From Marsupella aquatica (Eukaryota; Plantae; Marchantiophyta), in contig OZ316892.1 in the NCBI GenBank assembly GCA_973895155.1, positions 31,055,802-31,119,801 of the forward strand: a stretch of 64,000 bases of DNA. The letters are read 5' to 3'. A program made the translations under genes and the position numbers. The notes beneath the pieces were generated by a model, which saw nothing but the letters and a program-made list of their open reading frames with translations, was not told the origin of the DNA and ran no database searches. Numbering within the stretch: the first letter of the stretch is position 1; every line of letters begins with the position of its first letter. Below are positions 9,592 through 24,215 of this stretch, piece after piece.

Positions 9592-12500
9592 ATGCCGCTA
9601 AGCCGCGGAAACGGCCTCGCCAAGCACGAAACCTGCGGGAATCGGCTTGAGCTGGGGGGTTTCTTGGGTTTAGGGAGCCATGGGACGCACCACACGCACC
9701 GTGCTGAAACTCTTGAAGCTGAGAAGATCAAGCAAGGTGGCTGCAAACCAGCCTCGTCTGCAATGCATTATCCCCACAAACAAGTTTCGTCCACCTCTTC
9801 CAGGAAGCGTCAACGAAGGGCTGCGCATAAGCTATCTGGCGCTAATGGCAGTCAATCACAAAGTTATCAAGCGACCCACTCTACAGGAAATGTTGACAGT
9901 GGGGAAACAAATCATGACCAGATGGTAGCTTTTCCCATTGCTCCGACAGGGACCACATCTTCAAAACAACTTCCATCGAATTCCAGAAGGCCACCCAGGA
10001 AGGTGTGGATTGTCAAACCCCCAAAGGCAAACGAATCACCCAACTCTCATCTGGCGCTAACGCAACCAGTTGTTGTTGAGGTGACTCCGTCTAATGCACC
10101 AATCCTACCAGCAAGGACGCTTTCGCCTCAACCTCCAAGTGATCAAGGGAATGTCACCATTCGCAAACGAAAGCTTTCTAAGGAATCTTCAGAAACAGAA
10201 TCTGACTCCCTCCCTACCATCTGTTCTTGGAGATTTCACTCCGCGGACGAAGCGCCCCCGGCTACTAGATCCGTCTGCTCCCAGCACCATTTACTGCCAT
10301 AAAATCCCCCCGACTCAACAGGCACAACCTGGATGGCCGAACTCTACGCAGGCTCCATAGAATCTACGCCTCCAGAGGAGCCTTCAAGGAGAATTTTGAC
10401 ATTTCATCTACTATCCTGCCTGGTTTTCCCCTGTCCGACCACGCCCCTGTTATTGCCAGGATCACCCCAATTGAGGCCACCAAACGATTCACGCAACATC
10501 TCATGAACGTTAGCCACCAAACCCAGTATGAATATCAAGCGCGGATCAAGCTATTGTGGGAGAAAGAAGAAACCCTCTGTGCTACGAAAGGGTTCTCAAC
10601 TGAAAGGGCTCTCGTTTGGTGTCTCGGCAAGGCTAGAAAATTTGATCGATGCTGGGGAAAGCGAAGGGCGGAGGAGCGGCGTAGGAGGGAGACAACGCTC
10701 CGAGACAGGCTCTCTCGAGCGCAACTATCCTGGAAATGGAACCTTCCGACGCAAATAGGCAGGATGAGGTGATAGACGCTGAAACTCTGTTACACGAATT
10801 TGAAAATGAAAAAGCACAATGGATGGACTACATCTTACAATCGCGGTGGATTGGCGAGGGGGACAAATGTTCTAGGCTCTTTTTTCGCACCTTCCGAGGT
10901 CTAGCCATGAACAATGAGATCACCCAATTGTTCAATAAGGAAGATGAAATTGTTCGGGATTGGGACTCAATGGCTATTACGGCCACCGAATTCTTTAAGG
11001 ACATCCTTGGTTCGACTACTGGCCCCTGGGAACAGCTTGCTCAAGTTCTTGAGTTACAAACTACCCACATTACGTTGGAAGACCGGAAGCTGCTGAACGC
11101 ACCTCTCATTGTGGATGAACTTGGTAAAGCTGCTGCTGCGGAGCAGACGGTGTTCCTATGGAATTCTTCGTGTCACAAGGGACGACAGTTGGGCCCTCCT
11201 TACACCGTGCACTCCTGCATGGAATGGCTGAAGGCATCTTCTCCCCCGAAATCACTCGGGGCTTCATTTTACTAGGTGGGAGGATGGTCCGTGTGATGTG
11301 CTGCCGGGAAACTGTGCTGTTGCCTATCGGAACCTGATTGCCAATCTCAGCAGCACCCCTGAGATGCACGAGGATCCGGACCAACGTACACCGGTCTTCA
11401 TGGAAGCTTCTCTCTGGGAATACTCCATTCAAAGAAAGTTTATCACCTCCCAGTGGCAACATTTTCATTGCACCTCTGTCATGCCCTATGCGAACCTTCA
11501 GAGTCATCAACGAGGTACTTTACAAAGCTGACAACAGTCCCCCTCCGGTGGGAACTATTCTGAACAGGGTAATTGTGAGGACGCATGGTGCCGCTGCAAC
11601 AAAAATCTTGCTCCGCATTGGGAGACCAGAGGGCTTGTTGGCACCGCTGCTGCTTTATGAATGGAAAGATGGTCGCCCATTCATGGATACCACCACTGCC
11701 CACATGAGGGAAATCCAGGGAACATCCCACGGGAACTTACACAAAGCACTCCACAAGTGGGCTATCAGGCTGCAGTGGAGACCCAATCCCCCTGTGTTAT
11801 GGCGGGACCTCTGGCGCCCTTTTCGTGCTGCTGCTGAGAACTGCTTCTTGTGGCAGCTGACCTATAGAACACCAGCCACCCAGCACTGGCATTTCCCAAA
11901 GCTACCACCTTCGGATGCCATCACCTGGTGTACCAGATGTGATCAGAATCAGCAGGAAGATATCGAACACTGCATCTGGGGCTGCCCCAGCTCGCAAATT
12001 GTCTGGAGATGGGGGAATCATCTCTTGTTGTTGTGTTCTTTCTCCAGAGGTAACTCTGTCCAGGTGCAGCCTGTACGTGTCTTTGTGGGCGCTACGTTAC
12101 CTGAGGAGTGGGACATACCTCACAAACTGTGGCTTATCCTCAGAGCGACCGTATGTTGGCATATCTGGAAAGATCGTAATATGCACCTCATGGAACACTC
12201 AATTCCTAATCCACAGGGGGTCATTCGAAAATCGTGGCATAGACTTGGGATCTACCTTAGACGGGACTGGGCCCGGCACCGTCACAAAATCAGGATTGGG
12301 AAACTCACCTTTGGGGATGCTCAACGAGAGATGTCTCATGACTTTGGTACTTGGGCCGACCTCTGGGAAATACACGAAGAGATCCTCCAGATTCCACCGG
12401 TTCCCCCACGTCCACCATGACCTATTCTCTGATCAGGTTCTGGAGTTGCACTGCAGGCAGATTGATAAGGTTCTTACCTTACCGCGGATCCACTGTTGGG

Positions 12501-12745
12501 AACCTCGCCGGAACCCGACAACTGGCCGGTCTTTAAGAGTGTGCTATTCTCACCTGTAGTTTCTAAATTGCTTGTTTAGTTTCCCATTCGGGGATCAGCT
12601 CCTTACCTGGTACCGGCCTCCCCGGTTGTTAGCACTTCGACCTTATTTGGTCCTCTGGGTTGGTGCCCCATGTGTGCCCCCCTTTATGTTTCTTTGGCAT
12701 TTTGAATGGAATTCATCTTGTTTTGATTGAGGCAAAAAAATAATG
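9592..12745 (+). mobile_element. degraded L1-like LINE with internal deletion of the RT core
   Basis: Endonuclease tail LSDHAPV near 10431; RWIGEGDKCSRLFF and LNAPLIVDEL; C-terminal zf-RVT (WRDLW..CFLWQL..CTRC..EDIEHCIWGC) in ORF 11338-12420; A-rich tail near 12734. Confidence 0.85.
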
Positions 12746-12849
12746 AATAAGAAGTAGCCATTTTTCTCCGGAAGCTCCCCCCAAACCAAGCTACGCAGCG
12801 AGGAAGCATTATTATTGTTTACTGAAACTTGATTCCCTCATATTATAAG

Positions 12850-13805
12850 GACGCCACCAGATCCCCATCAACCTAAGCGACCATCGTGTCGTTCATGTCT
12901 AACCATCTTTTGGATTTGTGCTTTTTAGCATGAAATAACGGTGTCGGCTGGAAAGCAGTTCATGCATGGGCAGGCCTTTCCTGCTTCACACGGAGTTGGC
13001 CACAATTTGAGGGGATGTCCTGAGATATGAAAATGCTCCGGAAATCATTCATTTCACACGCATCTGGCCACAGAAATGAACACCACCCTCGGGCAAGCTT
13101 TCTACATTTTAAAAAACAACACGCGGGAACCCGATCATGACTCATGCATTAATTCCTTCATGTCTTCCAGAGACTCGGACTTTAATTTATGGGCTATCTT
13201 GCCCAACAAACATCCGCGGCCACCCGTGATGCAGTCCCACGAGAGCGTCAGTGGCTAATCAATTTGCCCCGTCCCTCGTGGGGCCAGACCCAAACACCTG
13301 CTGCTTCTACAGAACTACACCAAAGATCCGCAGGCTTTGCGAGCCCCTCCCGCTATGTAACATCTCACCGTCAACAGATCCATTGTGGCAAAAAAAACAT
13401 TACTGAAGGCCGTCCCCTTGACAGGCTACGTCCCGGCTGAATCTCCCATAGCAGAGGCGTACATGGAGATGTCTGGTTATTTAGGAAGAACATTTTCATA
13501 CAACAGATGATCGAAACTTGAGATATATGGAAATCTCGGGAAGTTGGACGCAACGGAGAGAAATCGGATTTAGAGAAAGTATGAGTAGAAGATGGGCCCG
13601 ATTGATCATTCTGGAGAAACCAACTGACGCTACTCAAAGCTCAACAGTCAGCAGCACTCTTAATGGAGCACCTGAGGAAAAGGTTACTTTGATGCAGTTG
13701 ACTCTGGTTGTACACTCGCCCGCGAACAGAGGAGGAGGACGAAAATGTCGAGCGTCGAAATTCCACTGTGCATGGACTACCTCACGTTTAGGGTTTAGGG
13801 TTTAG
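12850..13805 (-). mobile_element. possible decayed LINE ORF1/5' region
   Basis: Fragmentary KCRKLARGWCSFL resembles bryophyte LINE ORF1; telo-box repeat at its 5' side; many stops. Confidence 0.25.
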
Positions 13806-14929
13806 AGACGAAGAGGTTGTCGACCCGCTATAGGGTAGGGAGCACTGGATGCAAAGTACATGTTGAGCAGCCCACAAGGTTGCCGGCTACACACTTCCCG
13901 AAGATGCGCTTGCCAAACGTACCTTGCCCACCGGTGGGGTGCGCGAAATAACCTGCAATACATTTACGACTGTGAATGATCCAGTGCGCATTGAATAGAC
14001 ACGGTTGCTCATCATAAATCGGTTGCATGTTATTCTACAAAGTCAAGCAAATCTGCAATACAGGAAAATTACAGAGGAAAGCAAGTCCTGGACATAGCTG
14101 ATCCCGAGCGCTGAACAAATAATAACATGTGCAGATGTGCTGGCCGCAAGCATGCTTTTCGATCAGCAACAGGTGTGCCTTCACCGCCTTCACTTATTAT
14201 AAACATACGAAGAGGTTATCACGCAATCAAATACGCCAATTTGTCGTATGGACAGGCGTATGGAACCGACATCAGGAGTATAGTCGGAGATGTATAGTAT
14301 GATTATAATTCCAGAATGAAACTGCTATATGGTGTCTTATTCAAACTTCTTTTCTTGTGTATTTTAATTCAATGTGTCTTACCAAGGTGCATCCCTTGTA
14401 TATTTCTGGCACCCCTCTAAATTTTTCAATCTTTGATATACTTTTGATCATCCACCCTTTAACAAAGCTCACGGAAGTTCTAGCCCTTAGTGAAGAAGAA
14501 ATGATCTAATTAAAATGCACTCCTCATGTCTTTTAAGTTCTACTCATGGTTTTGTGTCCTAAATTTATGGTTTTAATTCATTTGAGTGTCATTACCTAAG
14601 ATAAGTACATAAGTATCTTTACTGTGTATAGTATGTGCAGAACCCAATACCATAGACTTAAATTTTTCCTGTTCATTATTACTTTTCTTTACATGTGTAC
14701 TTTTACTATTGTACTTTATGTGCACAACTTTTCAATGTCACGGTTCCTAATCAATGTCCTATTTATATTTGCCACAAAAAAATTGGATCACCTGTATTTC
14801 ACTAATAAAACTTAAATTTTTTGCTAGAGGACAAAATAACTTTTCATTTTCCAGGATGAGGATGCTATATATGGGAGAGAACTTGCCCCAACATTCTGTG
14901 TTAGTGCAAGGTTCCACTCATCAGGAAAT

Positions 14930-15660
14930 TGGTACCCATATTATTCGGCAAGGTTTCATGGTGTTTTCATCACAACATATAAGTAATATTGATTTACACA
15001 CAAAGTACTTCAATGATGATTCATCATTGAAATTTTCAGCATTGAATGAGGTATTTTTACCACAGATGTTTTCTATGTTTAATCATTATAGTGTCATCAT
15101 GGATGGATTCATCACATTTTCATTGCTGATGGGCATCACTTTCCATACACCAAAAAATTTGACAATGCTTAAGCAAGGACTCATTGTAAAATATACAATA
15201 ATTTTCATTACATTTTCATTGTCTTATCAGTATCTGTTCTAACTTGACAATATTAGCTAGTGGTCGTATGATGAATCATCAGCTATTGATCATCGTTGCA
15301 CTGTTATAGTTTTGGAGTTGACATAGATGTGACGTCATCATTGAATCAACATGTTTCAGTTGTTGAATAGCTTTCATTTCAGTGATATTTAATTGTGATT
15401 GCCTTCAATATTCCATATTGTGTCATTCATTATGCAATGAATTGTCAATGTTGTTTCCACACTGAAAAAACATGTCATGAATAGACAGTGACTCAACATT
15501 GTAAAATCATTGTGATTTCATTGTTGAATTATTGTGACATCACTATTGGTCTAGCTTGGACTCTGAAATAGTTTTGTGTTGTTTCATTGTCCTTTCAATA
15601 CCATTTCATCAACTAGTCATTTTCATTTCAAGCAACATATTTGTCGATTTGGACTTGTGC
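14930..15660. repeat. AT-rich degenerate repeat dense in TCATTG/TCATCA words
   Basis: Recurring short motifs; complementary CAATGA-rich block at 22100-22510; may be DNA-transposon subterminal repeats. Confidence 0.45.
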
Positions 15661-16739
15661 AACAAATGAGGGGTCTAGACACCTACATCTGACATGTGTC
15701 ACACCCAGTCATCCTGGCCCCGGCCTCGGCCCCCAACCCCCAATCAGCTCGGCAATCAGCTCATCCACATAAAGGAACACTGTCTCTTCATGGCTCTCGT
15801 TCTCTTGAGCATTGATCCGTTAAGGCTCCATCACTCTCACTCACCTGCAATTCTGTAGTTTCACTCACCTATACATTCTGTAGACATGAGTATTTCAGAG
15901 AATGCATATACAAGACCAAATGCTTATAGGGGTAAATGAATCTTGTAGACTGCATGCCATTTGAATGAATCCACTACAAACTCAACTATGGGTGATTTGA
16001 AGGAAAGTCTTTCAATTGAAAGAAAACTCAAGGACTTCAAGACATTATTGCAACTTGCATATCACACAAAAATTACAAAATATATTGTGATCAATTTTAG
16101 TTACTCCCCGCTCCATGCAACTCACCATTCCTTGCTCAACGTACTTGCACGGAAACACATAATTCAAAAATGAGGTTATTGTTAGCCAATCCTTGCTCCA
16201 GGAAACTTGTAATACCTGGCTCAAAGTAATTTGGCCTTGAATCTGCCATTCCCGGCTCATATCAACTTTGAGATCAACTTGTGTGTCCATTGCATTCAAC
16301 GCAAGCTCTTCTCGTTGTGACATTGGTGGCGCTACTACTCTTTGCCTCCGCTCAAAGCTCAAATGCAATTAGAAAATGCTAAATGAGGAGCAGCGCACCC
16401 CTGTCCTTTACTTCAGCTGCCCTTGCGAGCAGTGCATCGACGGTCCTGACTTGTAAATAAAGCCGGAACACTTCGTTTAATGGAGAAATTTGACACTCTC
16501 TAATGCCTTAGAATCTTACATGACTAGCAAACTGGGGTTCACGAACCTTGGGAGGCCTCCCAGTTCTAGCTAGGCTAGCATACTCCCCTGGCCGACTGAC
16601 CTAAGCCAGTTACTGGCTTTGTGTTTGACCTCTTTGGACGGTGTCATGCCATCAGTGACAGGGTGAGCTCGAACCATTCCTGGCCACGGCACAATTATTA
16701 TTACTGTAGGCCCCTTAGGGTTTAGGGTTTAGGGTTTAA

Positions 16740-19700
16740 ACCTTCACCCCACGACTCCTTGCAGTTGTGGTGGGTCTTTCTTGGTAGGCCCCTACCTTCA
16801 CCCCATGATTCCTTGCAGTTGTGGTGGGTCTTTCTTTGCTGTGCTTTGCGGCTCGTCTTCCTTTAGGCCCGCGCTAGCCTTTTCCCCTTCTTCATCCTCC
16901 TCTTTCACGTGGTCAGCAGCCGTGGTCTGGTACCGCGGTGAGCAGAAGCCTAAGAAGAAAGAAGTGAAGACGTCAAAACGTGCAAACTGAAGTTTAGCTC
17001 AATTGCGTTTCGTCTTTTCCCTCCCTCTCAATTCGCTGTCTCGCAGTTGCTGACGAGGAGCGTGGTTTTGCCTCGAGCGTTTTGCCTCTGGCGTTTGGCT
17101 CTCGATTGGAAGGATGATGGCGCTCTGATTTTGAATGTGAGTCGAGGGTGATCATTTGGTTTGAGACCTATCGAGTTCGATTTGGATGCTTTGGTGGAGT
17201 GCATTGGTCCGAGCGAGGGTTCCGTCGGTTTCTCGGACGGGAACGTCCAGTTTTCTCGGTTTTCACAAAGGATACATGAACCATAAGTGCTATGAAGTAC
17301 CTCGAATACACCCCGCTTGCAAGGTAGGCTTCTTCTCACATTTGTTTGTCCTTTCGTTTCCTTTCTTTCCTCGTTGTCTTTTATGGCATTGGTACTTCGA
17401 TTATGTTATTAATGGAAGTTTGGAGGTTGTTAGTCCCAATTCTGTCCAAGTTGGTCCCCAATGTTCAATTATATGGAAATTGAACGTGCTATTATCTACT
17501 GCATTTATTCAACATGTGTGTATGTGCCAATTGTTTGAGAGTTCTTGTGAAAGAGTCTTTCATCATGTCGACCTTATATCATAAGAACGTTGTCTTGTAA
17601 TTCGGTTTTTGTCGCTTTTCTCGCGCAGAATAAACGCTTTCCTGTCCAATGTCAACCTCGGCCTCATACAAGGAGCGTTGGAGGCCTATTCTTGTGAGTC
17701 TCAACTTCTAGGTCTTGTGTTCGTGTAGATCGATAACTACTCCGTTACAGAGTAATGGTCTAAATGGTCTTCTACTCCTTTGCGTTTGTTGACTTCTGAG
17801 GCAGCTAATGATTGAGTCTTGTGGTATAGTCCTCCTTCCTCTGCAGCAGTCATGCCTATGTCTTTTTCTTGATCTTATAGTGTTACACTGGTTTGGACCT
17901 TTGTCGTGGACCACGTAGCAGTTTTTCAGCAGGTTTACGGCTTCTCAGTCTTCAGAGCTTGGTGCACAGGTTGTACGTTGCAGTTTCTGGACAAGCATTC
18001 CTCAATTAAACTCTTGTAGTCACTGAAATGCTTCTGGTCACTGTTTTCTTTTCAAATGAATGGTAGTTTCAGGGGGAAGTGAACCATGTGCTCTATTCCA
18101 CCTGATCCCTCGAGGCTTCTAACGTTCTGCCTCGACCTTGGGAGGGAGTGTTTTTGTCTCGCGCTTTCTTACGACTTTCTATGGTTGGTTAATTGATTCA
18201 GGCAAGACAAGAAGCTATCACGGAGTTTTGAGCAAGAGGTGAGCCTTTCTTGGGACTTGATTCACCGGATAATTATAATCTGGCATTGCCCTTGATATGG
18301 TCTGGATCCAAGTCGGTAACAAAGCTTCTTCGTTACTATGTCGGTCATCTTAGTTCTCGTGGGGCGATACCATTTGTTAGCACTATTAATGTGGTTGATA
18401 TGTTTCAATCCCTTTAGTTATTAACCTCTGATGTGGCCGTAGTTACAGGTTCTCGACTCGCTTTGCTTTCTTCCAAATTTGTCAACATCTCAAGTTGGAC
18501 CTCTTTCTAGTTCAGCCAGGTAGGTATGTCTTCTCTTGTGATCCAGAAGAAAAGTTTAGAAGATGAATTTCAACAATTTGGTAAGCTGCAATATTCGCTT
18601 CTGGATGTCAGTTTTGGATGCTTTGACTGCAAATTTATCCACTAGTATGCAGCAAAGTGCTACGGAGTTGATTTTGTAAAAGCTTCAGAACTTAATGAAC
18701 ATGATGTCCATAGATTCTATGAGCAGCTCGCCGTCCAGCATGACCGCTGGGAGCAACCCTGAGGGCACCATGCGCTTGTACCAATCCGGCTTCTCACCGT
18801 AGCACCGCATGTTGATTTTCTCCACTTGGTAATTGATCTGCTTCTCCTCCATCTGAAGCCACACCCGCTCACACTAAGGGTGGGTTGCTTTGGGGTTTGG
18901 ATGGAAGATCTTCTCATACTTTTTCTTCTCAAAATTTGTAGTTTTGATTCTCAAGTTTTGATGGCAAAGCTGGGATGATTCCTAAAAGAGTCCAGCAAGA
19001 GGAATTGATCCTGGAGAAGATACCGCTACTGCTATGCTTCTAGGGCTTCCTTTAACTGTTACGCTGAGCTGAGATTCCTCTGCCCGGGCAAGGTTTCCCC
19101 AACAGAGCCTTCGCGTAATGAATATTCTTTCCTTAGTCCATGGGAAGGAAAGATGAGACTTGAAATTTGAGGGCTCTGCAAGATTGCACTACTTAGACTG
19201 ATTTGAACCTTTGTCAAACAGGTAAGATTGTATTTCTCAAAACTGTACCATTGAGCTCCGTATTCCCGGCACGGGAACGGAGCTGACTCGATGGAACTTT
19301 TGGATATGGACCGCTTTAGGCAACAGTCCTCAGCCAGGTATGATTAATTTTGTATGAATGTCATTTTGTTGGATTTGATGTGACCAAACGACCTTGAATA
19401 CATTCTCAACAAAGACGTTTGATTTGCAGAGTTTATCCTTCATCTTCCGGTGTGATTGGTATTGGCATCCGCCATTGTTCTTGTACACGGCCTTCAGGTA
19501 ATGAGACTGAAGAGCGATTTCAACGTTATGCGTACCTACTTTTAAACAGAAACTCTTGTTCCAGCACCACGGTGTGACATTTATAGTTGCGGGAATTTCC
19601 TGCTATGAGGCTTATGTCATCAAGACTTGAGTTGGACTTCAAGTTTGATTCCTTTTTTGTGTTAAGAAGCACAGGGTGGGTGGGGGGGCGCGCGGGCGGA

Positions 19701-20449
19701 GGGGAGGGGAGGGGAGGGGAGGGGAGGCTGTTACATTCGTGTCGTATGTGTCTCTTCACGGATTGTATAAGAGCCAAGTGCAAGAATGATGGATAGCCTC
19801 TATATCTGAATTGTAGGAGAGAGAGTGAAGCGCTTTCACGTTCATGTCATCTGTGTCTAATCACGATGGATTCTACAGATGATACCGGCTTTATTTCTAA
19901 GTAGTCTCTTTTCAGAAACCTGAGATTCTGGTTTGTGTATAGCGCAGAAAGGACAGTGTAGGCAACTTACAAATGAACGCCTGTCAAGATGCCCTAAGAG
20001 TCTGTCCTTTACACAACCCAAGGATAACATGTGCCTTCTGGCTGAAGTATTTTAGTACCAATTCGATAGGCTCTTGACTCTGTCCTTTCTGTGTGTACAG
20101 TGAAATACGGGAGAAGGAACGAGCTTGTTGATACCTGGATATGCCTTTCACAATTATTTGAATATTCTATTCTAAGATCATTGCATTCTTGACAGATAGC
20201 CGTTACTCGCAGTTGGAAAGGAGTCATTTAACTTTTGCAAGTTATCTGTACCAAAGATCACAGCAGAGCAAGGGAGACAAGAAAATACATTGGACGGAGG
20301 CAGGAATGCACCCTAGAACTCGAGAACATTTCTGAACACTCACTGTAGAAAGATCACTGGAAACATAGTCGTCAAGAAATAACTACAAATTCATTGCACC
20401 TTGTGGAATCTCCTGGATTTTATCCTGGTATCAGATCTGATCGTGGGTT
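16740..20449 (+). other. probable multi-exon, apparently non-coding 5' leader of the PPR locus
   Basis: Telo-box array at 16715-16737, CT-rich start, and a series of plus-strand GT-AG signals (AAG/GTAGGC near 17323, GAG/GTGAGC near 18239, G/GTAAGC near 18580, CAG/GTAAGA near 19221, CAG/GTATGA near 19337, CAG/GTAATG near 19498); no long ORF. Confidence 0.4.
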
Positions 20450-21855
20450 GTGGTGCTGACAGAGGAAGCCCAGAGCACTGAGTTCAATCAGAAGTTGACA
20501 AGACTAGCACTTTGGGTGGATGGTTTGTCAACCCCACTGTGGGTTAAGGCAAGGGCGAATTTGGTTACTCATTGCAGATTTCCATCTAATGTTAGTTATT
20601 GCACGAGAGATCGGTCTCAAGTCACTGCGAAAGGGATTGGTAGTAGGCATATGCATCCTGGTACCACGGGTCAAACAATTGCTATATTGAAAGATCGTCT
20701 ACAGCGAGGCATTGCTATAGACTCGTACACATATGTTAAAGTTCTGCAAATGTGCTTGCAACAGAAAGACCTTTCAGGAGCCAAGCAAATTCATGATTGC
20801 ATCATCGAGAGTGGAATTCACGAAAATCCATCTGTGGCAATCACGCTTTTGAATGTGTATATCAAATGCGGAGGTTTATCGGATGCACGTAGAGTGTTTG
20901 ATCAAATTCAGAAGAAGAGTGTTATTACTTGGACCAGCATGATGGTGGTATACTCTAGGAGTGATCATGCTGAATCTGCACTGAAAATTTTGAATCTAAT
21001 GCGCCAAGAAGGCGTGAAGCCGAATGAGATCACGTATCTGAGCATCCTGAATGCATGTTCAAGTCCATTAGCTCTCAATTGGGGAAAAGAAATTCATCAG
21101 GGTATTCGACATGCCGGCTCTGAATCAGACGTGCGTGTAGGGACTACTCTCGTACTGATGTACGCTAAATGTGGGTGCATCACCGAGGCAAGGAAAGCTT
21201 TTCAAAAGTTGACTAATCGAAATGTCATTACATGGAATGTTATGATTGGAGCATGTGCAGAACGTGGTGATGGTGTGGAAGCATATCGACTATTCCTGCA
21301 AATGACACGGGATGGCGTCAAACCAAATGCAATCACCTTTACGAGCATGCTGAATGCATCCGCATGTGATGGGGGTTTGGCATGGGTGAAGGACGTTCAT
21401 GGCCACGCTAGGAAAGCGGGACTGGAGTCAGAATTGCGTGTGGGCTCTACGCTGGTTCACATGTATGCAGAGAGTGGCAGGATAGGTCACGCCCGACTGG
21501 TTTTTGATAGAATGGAGAAACGCGACGTAATCACATGGAATGTAATGATAGGAGGACTTGCACAACATGGATGTGGACACGAAGCATATCGATTGTTTCT
21601 CCAAATGAGACAGGAAGGCTTTTGAACCAGATGCATTCACTTATGCGAGTATTCTGAATGCATTTGCAAGTGCGGGGGCTTTGGAGTGGGTGAAGGAGGT
21701 TCATGGCCATGCTAGAAATGCCGGACTGGAGTCAGATTTGCGTGTGGGCTCTGCGCTGGTTCACATGTATGAAGAGAGTGGCAGGATAGGTCGGCAAGCA
21801 CCAGAAAAACAAGTCTTCTCTCAAGATTTAGAGCTCTGGACTAGCCCAAGTTAAT
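20450..21855 (+). pseudogene. PLS-class pentatricopeptide repeat (RNA-editing-factor type) gene, frameshifted and truncated
   Basis: P-L-S triplets (SVITWTSMM, KPNEITYLSILNAC, DVRVGTTLVLMYAKCG, NVITWNVMIG); an extra T in GGCTTTTGAACCAGAT gives a stop at 21623-21625, while another frame continues EPDAFTYASILNAF; array breaks off near 21790 with no E/DYW domain. Confidence 0.9.
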
Positions 21856-22099
21856 CTTAAATTAGAAAAGTTCTCTTATGATTCTCTAGGACAAACTGTC
21901 ATTATGATTGGAATCTAGCGGTGCCATATTTGTTAAAACTTTGATAACTCTAGCGACCTTTAATATGGAGACGAATATTTGACTACAGAGCTCAAATTTC
22001 TTTTGCATCTTGATCAAAAGTTCATTGGAAACATTTAAAGTGAAAGTGCTTGAAATAGGTTGCGAAAGTGTATTCAAATTGGAAAAATTGGGATACCCC

Positions 22100-22510
22100 T
22101 ACAAAAATTTCAATGAAATGGTATTGAATCAATATTGACTGAATGACAATGGACAAATGATATAGGTTCATGATGAAAGGACAATGATTTGTCAATGAAC
22201 TGATAATGAAAATCTAATGAAAATATGGCTTTTTCACAATGAAAACACAATGATTACACACTAATGTGGCATTGATATATTGATAATTCAACATGCTACA
22301 CCAATGATGAATCAATGCAAATTCATTGTTTATTATTTTGAAATTGAATCAATCTTGATCATATAATTGATGAATCAATTCAAAAAAAAATACAAAATAA
22401 TGAATCAATGAGTAAACATTGTAAATTCAACACTGACATGTCAGCATGTAATTACTTGTTCAATTTCGTACCCCGCACAGTCAATTTCATTGATGATTAT
22501 TTGATGAATA
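22100..22510. repeat. AT-rich degenerate repeat dense in CAATGA/GAATCAAT words
   Basis: Recurring motifs, complementary in word content to 14930-15660. Confidence 0.45.
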
Positions 22511-24215
22511 TTCTTCACCTCATTTTCCTGATGGCGGGCGGCACTTGTTTCAAGGCTGAGGCAAGCTAGCTTGGATGGTGGGAGGTCCACCACTGTAGTC
22601 AACACTACGAGTATGTGGTTCACCTCACCATGCAGGCTACGTCCACTGGAAAGCAAGAGACCTTTACGTCTCTCTTGCTCCACTCCAACAATGAACTGAA
22701 GATCCACCAGGGGCTAGCATCAGCCCTGGTTATATACAGCATGCATCATTGCTAACCTAAGCTAAGTCCTAACCTGAGTTAGCCTAACTGTGGTTAGCTC
22801 TAGAGTCACAAGACTAAGGGCAATACTCAACAATAAGCTCTGGTTACCTTTAGGTACAAACAACTAACTTCTTAATTTTTGGAATCCAACAAAGGGCAAA
22901 TTTCACTTTCTCAATATGTAATTATGTGCTAAGATAACCATAACAACATGAAACAAAACTATGAAATACTCATGTACCTACCAAGAGCATTGCTGAAATT
23001 GAAGAAATCTATGATTATTCAAAAAAAAAGCTTCAAGTGTTGTGGTAAATTTTTAATATACTAATATTTATACAATGCTATATTTAAACTTTTTTGATCA
23101 TATATTTTAAAATAAACACTATTATGAAGATTGTGTATATTAGATTGTGAAAATTTGATTTTAAAGTATAGAATGCTTTGATTTAGCTTTATAAGAGATC
23201 AATTTTAGCAATCACACTAATTTGAATGGGTAAAAAAGAGAGAAACAAACCTCTATTTCAAGCCTTGATGAAAGCTTGGGGTTGTTTCTTAGTGAAGCCA
23301 ATATTTGTCTAGCAACTCACTCACACAAAATTGCACATGTCAAGAATTGGATGGACAAAACCTTCAACTGTAGCCCTCCTCGAGAGCTTTCCAACGCACC
23401 CAAGAATGCACCCAAGAAGTCCCCCAACTTTTGCAAATAATTTTATAGACAAGTGCAATACATATCCATTGCACAAAAATTTTGATAGACAATGATGAGA
23501 AGTGTAGGTGATTGTCTAGCTCCTTGCCTCCAAGATCGTTCCTCGCTTACCCTTGTGATGAACAATTTGTCATGAGAACAAGCGAGATGACAACTACAAT
23601 GAAGAGCTGCAATGTGGATTACTCAGGAAGGTGAGAAGAACATGAGAGAGGTGGAGACAAAGAAGGGATGACAATATTAATTATGTAACCCAGTGAGTAG
23701 AAGCTCCTTCTAAATTCTTGGCACCATATTTTGGTACATCATTGGTTTTCTCAAAGAATAACTTGTATGATTATGGCAACAAACATTTCAATGCTATTCG
23801 TGATTTTCTTCTCTCTCTTACCTTTTCCATCCGTCTCCCCCCCCCCCCTTTTCTTTCAGCCCATCCCCACACAAGGGAGGGCACACGCTTAGGGTTTAGG
23901 GTTTAGAGATCATTGTGGTAGGCAAGGGAGGTTCCTCGGGTTGTCTGGATTTTTTTGCACACTTGATGACCAGGAAAGATATTAAGGAAAAATAACTACA
24001 GTAGTAAAACAAACAAATATAATATTACCAATGCTGGAAAAAAATATTGAGCTGGACCCACATACTACTTTGAAGTTAATACCCTAAACCGTAAACCCTA
24101 AATTTAATTTATATTGAGATGATGACTTTTTTCTGTACTGGGGTTACTTCTAGAGGCTTCACCCCTAGACCCTAGGCCCTTAAGAGTAGACTTCGTTTGC
24201 TCTTTTATAGTAAAA

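Noticed and set aside
14754-15242. 162-aa ORF as a gene
   Set aside because: Lies in an AT-rich low-complexity repeat and has no recognisable domain
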